64,000 nucleotides of DNA from an uncultured archaeon (GTDB lineage Archaea > Asgardarchaeota > Lokiarchaeia > Sigyniarchaeales > SOKP01), in the NCBI GenBank assembly GCA_964583985.1, contig CAZOYD010000011.1:13333-77332 (forward strand), given 5' to 3'. The notes under the pieces were generated by a model that saw nothing but the letters and a program-made list of their open reading frames with translations, was not told where the DNA came from and ran no database searches. Position numbers and translations under genes: made by a program. Shown in pieces: positions 40,192-49,116 of the stretch (its first letter is position 1; the number at the start of each line of letters is the position of its first letter).

Positions 40192-40809
40192 TTACTTCAT
40201 TTTCATTTCTGGAAAGACTTCTGGAAACATTTCGGAATTTTTCCACATATTTAGGAAAATTAATCTTAAGATATCTTCAAAGCTACTCAATATATTCTCT
40301 CCATTAACCGCAATGGTGTGTTTTATCTCCTTATTTTTATAAGATTTGTAATGGATTTTCTTTAGGAAAACCTCAGTTCTGAATTTGTTTGCTAAATCTT
40401 GCTTATTAAACGCAATCACCAAGGGGAGATTTTCAAAATTTTCGTTAAAATATCTTTTTAACTCATTCCAAGAAACTACGTTCCGATCAAAAGCTGAAGC
40501 TTGAGAATCTGCAACAAAAATAATACCATCTACACCTTTCAAAGTTATGGGACGCGTCACAATATAGAAGTCTTGACCAGTACACGAATACAAATTAAGT
40601 TTAAGCAACCATTCTTCGTTCTGGAAAGAAATTATCCCATAATCAAAAAACAAAGTCCTCCGTACAGTACTTTCTATACTGCATAACTCTTCCTTTTTTC
40701 CAAAGTGGTTAAATAAGTTCTTGATTGATGTCGTCTTGCCAGATAAAGCAGGACCATAGTATACAATCTTGAGTTGAATTGTCTTCTCTAATGCGTCTAT
40801 TATTATAAT
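40192..40809 (-). CDS. MglA/Arf-like small GTPase; non-canonical start (ATT 40809 or a following ATA)
   Basis: The frame extends upstream of TTG 40653: IIIIDALEKTIQLKIVYYGPALSGKTTSI...RTLFFDY, TGQ, GVDGIIFVADS, NKQDL. In-frame TAA at 40819-40821, with no ATG/GTG/TTG before the P-loop. Confidence 0.85.
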   Translation of the reverse strand: MIIIDALEKTIQLKIVYYGPALSGKTTSIKNLFNHFGKKEELCSIESTVRRTLFFDYGIISFQNEEWLLKLNLYSCTGQDFYIVTRPITLKGVDGIIFVADSQASAFDRNVVSWNELKRYFNENFENLPLVIAFNKQDLANKFRTEVFLKKIHYKSYKNKEIKHTIAVNGENILSSFEDILRLIFLNMWKNSEMFPEVFPEMKMK

Positions 40810-40898
40810 TGTATCACTTTATAGCTTATTTTTAATACTTCTAAAAATAAGTTTAAAAAATCCGAGGTTTTTGATAATCGTCTTTTAGCAAACAGATT

Positions 40899-41282
40899 TT
40901 ATAATTTGAGCATGTTTCCTTTAAATTCGATGGAAATGATCCCTCTTAAAACCAAGATCTCCAGCTCTCTTCTCAAGATTGGTTCTTCTAATGAAAGTTT
41001 ATCCTCATGTTTCAACCGTTCGTTAAATTCTGCCACTGAAATCATCTTAGTATCTTCATTAATCGAATTTATTCTTTTTAAGATGATTTGTTGATTATAT
41101 AATGAACGTGTATTAGAATCAAGTTGATATAATTTGTGCGTTAAATTATAATCAAAATCCGAGGTCTTATCGAGTTCTTTGAGATCATGAAGAATTTGGA
41201 GCGCTTCCTTATACTTTTCCTTCGCCATTAAATCTTGAACTTCATTCAATCTATCAGCAAATTCATTTGGTTTCATATGCAT
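40899..41282 (-). CDS. Hypothetical helical protein with a C-terminal winged-helix (PCI-like) pattern
   Basis: Helical hairpin then ISVAEF...LRRELEILVLRGII.IEF. Confidence 0.6.
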   Translation of the reverse strand: MHMKPNEFADRLNEVQDLMAKEKYKEALQILHDLKELDKTSDFDYNLTHKLYQLDSNTRSLYNQQIILKRINSINEDTKMISVAEFNERLKHEDKLSLEEPILRRELEILVLRGIISIEFKGNMLKL

Positions 41283-41329
41283 TATTCTTTTCTTATTATG
41301 TTAATAATGAGTTTTAGATGGAAAAAATA

Positions 41330-41356
41330 CTTTTTCATTCGATATGAATGAAAGAG
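41330..41356. promoter_or_regulatory. Inverted repeat between divergent genes (possible operator or hairpin)
   Basis: CTTTTTCATTC-GATAT-GAATGAAAGAG, 11-bp stem with one G-T. Confidence 0.35.
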
Positions 41357-41502
41357 CACTCATGATTAATAACAAGCGTGTTATATTTCATAAGAAATTA
41401 TAATGATTTTATAGCATTCCTCCATTTTTTATTAAGAAACGCTTTATATAGGAACTCTTACTTATTATTATAGGAAATTATTAAAAATTCACGTGATGTA
41501 AA

Positions 41503-41733
41503 ATGGACAAAGAAAAAGTTAAACAAGTAATTGATAAAATTCGACCTCAGCTTCAAGCTGATGGGGGAGATATCGACTTAATCGAAATAACTGACGATGG
41601 AGTTGTGAAAGTACGCTTACTCGGGCACTGTGCGGGATGCATGCATGCCCAACAAACTCTAACATTCGGTGTTGAACGAACCATCAAGCAGTTTGTTCCC
41701 GATATCGTTCGAGTAGAGAACGTTCCTTATTAG
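41503..41733 (+). CDS. NifU/NfuA C-terminal domain Fe-S carrier
   Basis: IRPQLQADGGDI, GHCAGC, TL.GVE. Confidence 0.9.
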   Translation: MDKEKVKQVIDKIRPQLQADGGDIDLIEITDDGVVKVRLLGHCAGCMHAQQTLTFGVERTIKQFVPDIVRVENVPY

Positions 41734-41918
41734 ATATAACCCTATCATTTTTTATTATTCTTTTTTTAGTATATAATATTCAAATTTTACTATGTATTGG
41801 TTTAAAAAACAAGTAATATCCATCATATCGCTTTTTATAAAATAATTTCAGATTTAATCAAAAAGTTAATTATGTTTGCATAATTATTCACCATATTCTA
41901 TTAATTTAATGAGAAATT

Positions 41919-43178
41919 ATGACTGAACAAGAAAATAAACCGAATGCGGATGCTGATTCTTCTGGAAATCAAGAAAGAGAGTCGAGACGATCACGAAGAC
42001 CAGCAAGAAAAACACAAGCGCAACTAATCCAAGAAGCATTAGGCATGAAACAAGTAGATATCGTTGATATTGAAGAGAAATTATTCATTGCTCGCTTTTT
42101 AGACTATTTTTCTGAAGAAACACTCGATTTCATTTTCAAGGATAAACAAATAAACAAGTACCTCGAGAAACTTTCTTTGAAAATCGAGAATTTAGGCATT
42201 AATGAAGATGATAAGTTATTAAAAATGAAATTCGAGGAAAGAGAAATAGATAACTTGGTACGCCAAGTAAAAGCACGAGCAGAAGAAACGGCGACCGAAA
42301 AGGGATTTAACACCTCTGCTGATAAGCGACTTCGCAAATTGAGTATGCTAATCACGATTCCTTTATTAGTTGTCATAACAATCTTAGCATTTTTACCCGC
42401 CATTGAATATACATTCATGTTTCCTATCTTATGCGTATTTTGCATGCTTCCACAATTTTTAAAAGGATCAGTACTGAGAAAATGGAATAAATTTAAAGAG
42501 GAAAACCGTGATGATATCTATACAGAAAATCGTGATGATATCGCCGTTTTGAAAAGTTATGTTCAAGAAGTTCTTAACAATATAAGAGATAAACTTTTAG
42601 AATTAAAAGTTCCATTACAGTTGATTAAATTTGTACTCCATAGCGCTGATTATGAAAATTTAGATTTAATCAACCAAAAAGCGTTTAAAGGATTAACGCA
42701 ATACTACTATACCTTTGCCTATCCTCCAGGGATGGAACCAATACCAATTCCTGAACATTTACAGCAACTCAATCAGCCAGTATCGCCTTTACTTAAAAAA
42801 CCCGAAGAAGCTGAACAAAATTTCATAGTATTAACTGATATGAAAGCAAAACAAGGGGTAATCGAAGAATTTACTCCGCGATTGAGTAAAAAGGTCGCAG
42901 ATCAAATTAATAAAATGTTAAATGAATCTGATTTTGTGAGTGCACCAATAGATTTCACAAAAATCATCCCAACTTATGGAAAAGCCCTGAATGTTTATTG
43001 TGAATGCGGAGAAGCCGTTGAAATCATAAACGTGCAAATTTGCACTTGGAAGAAGGAATTTCAGTATTATCTTTTTGAAAGTGCTCGATGTAATTGTGGG
43101 GAGAAAGTATACATTCTCTCAGTAATTGACGATACAGATACAGTTCCTGAAGAATTAAGAGCTATTTTTTCAAGCTAA
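41919..43178 (+). CDS. Hypothetical 2-TM protein with C-terminal Cys cluster
   Basis: Long ORF, two hydrophobic helices, CECG...CNCG. Confidence 0.7.
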   Translation: MTEQENKPNADADSSGNQERESRRSRRPARKTQAQLIQEALGMKQVDIVDIEEKLFIARFLDYFSEETLDFIFKDKQINKYLEKLSLKIENLGINEDDKLLKMKFEEREIDNLVRQVKARAEETATEKGFNTSADKRLRKLSMLITIPLLVVITILAFLPAIEYTFMFPILCVFCMLPQFLKGSVLRKWNKFKEENRDDIYTENRDDIAVLKSYVQEVLNNIRDKLLELKVPLQLIKFVLHSADYENLDLINQKAFKGLTQYYYTFAYPPGMEPIPIPEHLQQLNQPVSPLLKKPEEAEQNFIVLTDMKAKQGVIEEFTPRLSKKVADQINKMLNESDFVSAPIDFTKIIPTYGKALNVYCECGEAVEIINVQICTWKKEFQYYLFESARCNCGEKVYILSVIDDTDTVPEELRAIFSS

Positions 43179-43246
43179 TTTCCTTTCTTTTTTCTTATTT
43201 ATACAATCTCATTAACCATGTTCTGATTTCAAGATGAGCTATCTTA

Positions 43247-44596
43247 TTATTTGCCTTTAATTTTAGAATACCAATCAAATAAAAGCTTGTAACCACGAAC
43301 AGCCCTTTCTACTTCATTTTCAAAAACGGGAATCTTGAGTTCTGAGGCCGTTTTTATAACCCTTTTTGATCCATCACGTTCAGCTTGAATTAAAACCGTT
43401 ATTATCGGTTTATTTGGATAAGATTCCTTTATATTTTCAAAGATATTAAAATCAAATTCAATCTCTACAAAGAATTCTAAGGCTAAAATCAATCCATCAA
43501 CGGAATCATCTTGTAGGAGAGCATGTGATGATGTATTATAGATGCCACATATTTTGGTGCCAACAAATCGATCTGGAGGCCAATAATCAACAGGGTTTCC
43601 CAAATTGCATGTAGATCCTCCAACTTTATCCAAAATGATTTGTTTGTTTTCATTAGTCAATTTTGCTATTGATAATCCTTGCTTGCGCATTTCTTTAATT
43701 ATAATATAAATCGCGCCAGAACTGGGTCCGATGATTCCTAAATTAGGTCCTCTTGGTTCAGGGCACCATAAAAAAATTTTCGCAAATTCAAATAATTCCA
43801 TGTAATTTTGTACCACCATTCCCCCAGCATCATTTAATTGCTTCTCTCTTGAGAGATCCTTACCCACGTAGAAAAATAACACGGGTTTAATTGGAGAAAT
43901 TTGTTTAACAGCTTCAATTATTCTATCGGTAATCTCTCTGAGAAAGAGCAAGATAATTTGAGTAGATTCATCTTGTTTAAAGTACTCCAAGACATCCGCA
44001 TCGTTGATATTGAATCCATACCCTAAATGAATTACTTTAGATATAGGTATGTCTTGAGAAGGCGCCCACCAGCCCATTGCACCAGCTAATCCTCCAGATT
44101 GAGCAATAAAACTAACTCCAGCCTTAATTTTTCTATGCTTCTGCATCAAATATTGCCGTACGGGTATGATCGACGTGGTAAAGTTATTTATGAAATTAAT
44201 AATACCAATCATCGAAGGTCCCATATAAGCTACATTATATTCCAAACTTATCTTGTTTAATCGTGCTATAAGATCTGCATCTTCGGTATCTACACGCAAT
44301 TCCGATTCGATGGCTATATTTTTCACCCCAAATTTGGCTAATTTTTCAAAAAGAGACGCAACATTTTTGCTCAAGACAATAACGGCGAGTTCGGGTACTT
44401 CCGGTAATTCCTCGAGCGAATGGTACGATTTAACACCTAAAATCTCATCAGCATTTGGATTCAGTACAAATATTTTCCCCTTATAAATTACCTCTAATAA
44501 ATTTTTTAGAATTGTATATGAAAAGGTATACGTCTTCCGTGATACTCCTATGATTAGAATGCTTTTGGGATGAAAAAAGGGATCCAAATTTTTCAA
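43247..44596 (-). CDS. Acyl-CoA synthetase (ADP-forming) alpha-like paralog lacking the phospho-His loop
   Basis: PKSILIIGVS, GPSMIG, AQSGG, NPVD; no SHTG segment. Confidence 0.75.
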   Translation of the reverse strand: MKNLDPFFHPKSILIIGVSRKTYTFSYTILKNLLEVIYKGKIFVLNPNADEILGVKSYHSLEELPEVPELAVIVLSKNVASLFEKLAKFGVKNIAIESELRVDTEDADLIARLNKISLEYNVAYMGPSMIGIINFINNFTTSIIPVRQYLMQKHRKIKAGVSFIAQSGGLAGAMGWWAPSQDIPISKVIHLGYGFNINDADVLEYFKQDESTQIILLFLREITDRIIEAVKQISPIKPVLFFYVGKDLSREKQLNDAGGMVVQNYMELFEFAKIFLWCPEPRGPNLGIIGPSSGAIYIIIKEMRKQGLSIAKLTNENKQIILDKVGGSTCNLGNPVDYWPPDRFVGTKICGIYNTSSHALLQDDSVDGLILALEFFVEIEFDFNIFENIKESYPNKPIITVLIQAERDGSKRVIKTASELKIPVFENEVERAVRGYKLLFDWYSKIKGK

Positions 44597-44747
44597 TTTA
44601 TACTCTCTAATTGCATTTTTTAAGTTATATTAATAAGAAATTGCTAAGATAAAAATTATGAGGGTAATTTACATACCATTTAAAATGAGAGTTGAGTTAC
44701 CTAAGAATTTAATTTATTCCGATAAATTCAGAATCTTTTCTTGAGAA

Positions 44748-45374
44748 CTATACCGTGACTACTTCATAGATTGGGATCTCCTTCCGTTTAGCGGCATCGT
44801 ACAGCGGAAGCCCCGTTCGCTTTAAAATCTCTTCAGTTTTATATTTCAATACCACCACTTGACCGCTGCAAGAAATCTTCATACTGGCGACTCTTAATCT
44901 ATCTCGCACGACCTCCAAGTTTTTTAAATGCGTTCCAACATCTACAATGATGGATCCCGCTCGAACTCGAGCGCACATTCCCGTGGAACGGCCAAAACTA
45001 TTACGCATACCTGATTGCACACGATCTGCGCCTGCAAATGCCAACATTCGATTTTCTCGATATTTTTGGAACGGTTTGGAGCGAACTCTCATGCGATAAT
45101 TAGTTCGTCCTAATATTTTCTGCAATGGTGAATTTACAGTAATTCTTATCGCTTCCAGTGCATTAGATGATACTTGAATCTGTTTGGCCACCCTCAGTCC
45201 TAATACAATTTCCCAATCATCCCAATCAACTTCCATATTTCCCCCCCAATAACGTGTAATTTTTGATTGAGCGCCTCCTCTTGCATATTCTCTTCGATGG
45301 TTAGCACTACGTTTATGTTGATAAGGACGCCTATTCCATTTACTATAACAGTGCCATGGTCTTTTATGAGCCAT
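44748..45374 (-). CDS. rpl10e: 50S ribosomal protein L10e/uL16
   Basis: RPWHCY, ALEAIRI, RENRMLAFAGADRVQSGMRNSFG. Confidence 0.93.
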   Translation of the reverse strand: MAHKRPWHCYSKWNRRPYQHKRSANHRREYARGGAQSKITRYWGGNMEVDWDDWEIVLGLRVAKQIQVSSNALEAIRITVNSPLQKILGRTNYRMRVRSKPFQKYRENRMLAFAGADRVQSGMRNSFGRSTGMCARVRAGSIIVDVGTHLKNLEVVRDRLRVASMKISCSGQVVVLKYKTEEILKRTGLPLYDAAKRKEIPIYEVVTV

Positions 45375-45684
45375 TCCAATTCACCAATTTATATAAAAAT
45401 CTATGTTGTATCTATAAAAATAATATTGATAATTAGATGGTAAAGTATATTATTTTTAATAAACTTTATCCTAAAGCATAAAGAAGGGGTTATAAATTAG
45501 CAAAAGCAAAGAAACACCTATGAAAATATTTACAATAATATTTAACATTAGGATTATATAAAATTAGAAGTTTTCAATAATTAGTTTATTTAAAATAAAA
45601 AGTAGAAATTTAAGAGAATCAATTCTTTATAGCAATAGAATAAGTAGAATATATTGAGAGGAATCGATTTTTCACTTCATTGAT

Positions 45685-46821
45685 ATGGTAAAAATTAATA
45701 CAATTTTTGAAAAGAAGACTGAACTTTTATGCAACGGACTATTTCTTAGTGAGAAATTAGTGGACCATTATCTCAAACAAGGAATAGAAATTGATTTTGG
45801 AAGGAAAGGCGGGGCAGGTCCAAGCGGAGGGAGATATTTCTTATTTGAAGATAATACTTTGGTCAATGTTGCACTATGGGATGATAACAAGCGAACTCCG
45901 TTAGTCTTAGGGGAAAAAAAAGGTGAGAATTTTCAAATTATTAATAATCAAAATAAAGAGGTATTTGCAGATTTAAGGTTAGTTGCTAATCCGAAATATT
46001 ATAGCCCTTCATGTGTGACCTCAGATGGGATCCCCATGAAAAAAATTGCCTTAGTACACGGAATTGACTGCCTTTCAAGTACCATTTATCAAAAATGCGT
46101 GTATTGGGCATGCCAAGAAGCGTGCATGTTCTGTGGGTTAGAATTAAGCTTGCAAAATGATTCTACAATACTTGAAAAAACTGCGAAACAAATGAATGAA
46201 GTTATTACTGTTGCTAAGAAAGAAAATCGCTGTTCTCACATGACATTAACGAGCGGTACTGATTTCACGCCTGATAAAGGGGTTAATAGATATGCTGAGA
46301 TGTTACGAGGAATTAAAAAGGAAAATCCTGATTTACCACTCCACGTTCAAATTGAACCATTAGAAGATTTAACTAAAATCGACCAACTAAAGGATGCGGG
46401 TGCAGATACGATTGGAATCCATATTGAAATCCTCGACGAAAATCTTCGAAGGAAAATTACTCCCGGAAAAGCCCACATTCCTTATCGATCCTTTGAAAAA
46501 AATTGGGCACGTGCGATAGATGTTTTTGGAAAGAATCAAGTGGAATCTTTTATTCTAACTGGATTGGGTGAATCCAAAGAAGAATTAATTAAGGATATTG
46601 AAAAGATTATTTCAATTGGCGTGATCCCCTTCATAACACCGGTGAGGTCTATTCCAGGAAAAACCAATTTTCCTAAGATGAAAGTGGCAACCCTGATCCA
46701 GATCTATAGAGAAACTGCGAAAATGATGAAAGCAATGGGAGTAAATCCCTTAGAACACAAAGCAGGATGCGTTAAATGTGGCGGATGTTCCGCTATTAAT
46801 GAAGCTTATAAAACGATGTGA
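45685..46821 (+). CDS. Radical SAM protein resembling the MSMEG_0568 family
   Basis: GRKGGAGPS, KIALVHG, CVYWACQEACMFC, C-terminal AGCVKCGGCSA. Confidence 0.75.
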   Translation: MVKINTIFEKKTELLCNGLFLSEKLVDHYLKQGIEIDFGRKGGAGPSGGRYFLFEDNTLVNVALWDDNKRTPLVLGEKKGENFQIINNQNKEVFADLRLVANPKYYSPSCVTSDGIPMKKIALVHGIDCLSSTIYQKCVYWACQEACMFCGLELSLQNDSTILEKTAKQMNEVITVAKKENRCSHMTLTSGTDFTPDKGVNRYAEMLRGIKKENPDLPLHVQIEPLEDLTKIDQLKDAGADTIGIHIEILDENLRRKITPGKAHIPYRSFEKNWARAIDVFGKNQVESFILTGLGESKEELIKDIEKIISIGVIPFITPVRSIPGKTNFPKMKVATLIQIYRETAKMMKAMGVNPLEHKAGCVKCGGCSAINEAYKTM

Positions 46822-48188
46822 GATCAGATAACATGAAACAGGCTCAATCGAAATTGCCAAACATTATTATTATTCTCACTGACCAACAAAGGTTTGACTC
46901 ACTTGGTTGTTACGGACAAAAGTTGGAAGTTTCTCCTAATTTAGATAAATTAGCAGCAGAGGGAGTTCAATTTGAATACGCTTTTACAAATCAACCGGTA
47001 TGTGGTCCCGCAAGATCGATCCTTCAAACGGGGAAATACGCTACTGAGACTGGGTGTTATAGGAATGGGATTGCTTTGTCTATTGATGAACAAAGCTTAG
47101 CAAAGTCTTTTTCTCATGCAGGATATGAAGTCGGATATTTAGGAAAGTGGCATTTAGCTAGTACAACTGGAAGATCTAAAGAAATGAAACTTGAAAAAGT
47201 GAGAAACACGATTACACCCATACCAGAGAATTATAGGGGTGGGTATAAGGACTATTGGCTTGCTTCAGATCTCTTAGAATTTACATCTAATGCATTTGAG
47301 GGTCATCTCTTTGACAAATTTAATAAACAAATCAATTTTAATGGATATCGAGTCGATTGTTTGACAGATCTTGCGTTAGATTTCTTATCATCCCGAAATA
47401 TTTCAAGACCCCTATTTTTTTTCATCTCATTTTTAGAACCTCATCAACAAAATGATCAAAATGCAATAATTGGCCCGATTGGAAGTAATGAAAGGTTTAG
47501 TAAATATGACATTCCAGGAGATTTAAAAGGAATAGGAGGAGATTGGAAAAAATTTTATCCAGATTATTTAGGTTGTTGTAATAGCATAGATCATAATGTG
47601 GGTCGTATTGTTAGTAAAGTTAGAGAATTAAATATGGAAGAAAATACGATACTTATTTTTACCAGTGATCATGGGTGTCACTTTAGAACAAGAAATGTGG
47701 AATATAAACGTTCATGTCACGAAGCATCAATACACATCCCACTTATTATTAATGGCATAAACTTCAAAGGAGGAAAGCGTATCAATGAGCTTGTAAGTTT
47801 AATAGATTTACCACCCACTTTGCTAGATTGTGCTAAAATTCCAATTCCAGAATTTATGAAAGGAAAATCATTGCAATATTTATTAAATGAAAATTCAGAT
47901 GAATGGTCAAAGGATGTATTTATCCAAATAAGTGAGACTCAAGTTGGAAGGGCTATACGAACTCATAGATGGAAATACTCAGTAGAAGCTCCAAATAAAG
48001 ATGGAATTCTATATTCAAAAAGCCAAATATATAGAGGAACATTTCTTTACGATTTAGAAAATGATCCTTATGAAAAACAGAATCTAATTAATTTACCAGA
48101 ATATAATGAGATTAAGAAGAAATTAACTTTAAGATTAGTACAAAAAATGATAGAAGCTGGGGAAAAACCTCCTAATATTCTTCAATAA
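46818..48188 (+). CDS. Formylglycine-dependent sulfatase (start probably ATG 46833)
   Basis: PNIIIILTDQQR, CGPARS (CxPxR), GKWHL, SDHG, LYDLENDPYE. Confidence 0.92.
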   Translation: MRSDNMKQAQSKLPNIIIILTDQQRFDSLGCYGQKLEVSPNLDKLAAEGVQFEYAFTNQPVCGPARSILQTGKYATETGCYRNGIALSIDEQSLAKSFSHAGYEVGYLGKWHLASTTGRSKEMKLEKVRNTITPIPENYRGGYKDYWLASDLLEFTSNAFEGHLFDKFNKQINFNGYRVDCLTDLALDFLSSRNISRPLFFFISFLEPHQQNDQNAIIGPIGSNERFSKYDIPGDLKGIGGDWKKFYPDYLGCCNSIDHNVGRIVSKVRELNMEENTILIFTSDHGCHFRTRNVEYKRSCHEASIHIPLIINGINFKGGKRINELVSLIDLPPTLLDCAKIPIPEFMKGKSLQYLLNENSDEWSKDVFIQISETQVGRAIRTHRWKYSVEAPNKDGILYSKSQIYRGTFLYDLENDPYEKQNLINLPEYNEIKKKLTLRLVQKMIEAGEKPPNILQ

Positions 48189-48421
48189 ATTTTCACTGAA
48201 TTTACCCAATTAAGAAGTAGTTGGATTAAATATAATACGCCCTATTTTCTCTCGATCTTCTTTAGACACAGTTAATTGGAAATTAATCTTTTTACAGGTT
48301 AAAGACAATTGTAGTTTTAGGAAAAATCCAACAGATTTAATTACTCTATCATCTTACATCATAATTTGTACAGAAATGTACATATTTATACATTCGAAAT
48401 CCAAAAAGGTGGAAAAAGAAT

Positions 48422-48745
48422 ATGCCTTATATAGTAGTGACGACTTGGGCTCCACTAGCTAAAGGGAAACAAGTCGTAGAAATTTACGCAAAGGTAAGAC
48501 AGAAGATTCCCGTGGATAAGACTTTAACCAAAGAACTCATCCAAGGGATACTTAAGGTAGAAGGAGACAAGTCAAAAAGCATATCCATCAGTAAGGTGAA
48601 GGAAGGAATGATGGATAAAGCACTCCTTCGCCAGCAGGAAGCCATGGTCATGTTCCACGACATCGAGGGATTTGAATACACGATTGACGTGTATTTTGAT
48701 TTTCCCGAAACCTTTAGCATGCTTGGAATGCAAGCACCTGATTGA
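48422..48745 (+). CDS. Hypothetical protein
   Basis: Clean 107-aa ORF with AGGTGG SD; visibly more GC-rich than its neighbours. Confidence 0.7.
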   Translation: MPYIVVTTWAPLAKGKQVVEIYAKVRQKIPVDKTLTKELIQGILKVEGDKSKSISISKVKEGMMDKALLRQQEAMVMFHDIEGFEYTIDVYFDFPETFSMLGMQAPD

Positions 48746-48881
48746 ATTGAGTCAATCTGAAACATATCAATTAAATTATAACTCTTTTTTTTTTAATTAC
48801 CATATCTTACACCAATTTAAAGTTAATTCATTACTACTCCTTTTATTATTTTCTAAGCGTATCTAAGAGATTTAGTGGTTA

Positions 48882-49010
48882 ATGCCAAAAAAAGCCGTAC
48901 CAGAATTCATTGATATTAGAAAGGAAGTATCATCATTATTACAATAAAGGATGATAGAAGCGGGCGAATTAGCAACAATTATCATTCCTCAAGATCCTTT
49001 AGATATTTAA
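48882..49010 (+). pseudogene. Relic of a sulfatase 3' end
   Basis: PEFIDIRKEVSSLLQ*RMIEAGELATII aligns with the sulfatase C-terminus PEYNEIKKKLTLRLVQKMIEAGEKPPNI; internal TAA at 48945-48947. Confidence 0.6.
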
Positions 49011-49116
49011 ATTCATCAATGGAAAAAGATTAATAACTTTCTAACCTTAACAAAAAGTAGAATAGCTCAATTATTTAGAGAAATAATAATAAATTTAACT
49101 GAGTTGAGTCAAATTA

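Noticed and set aside
48782-49116. Cobalamin riboswitch upstream of the mutase
   Set aside because: No B12-box or GGGAA/GCCACUG core; the region is better explained as a sulfatase relic plus promoter.
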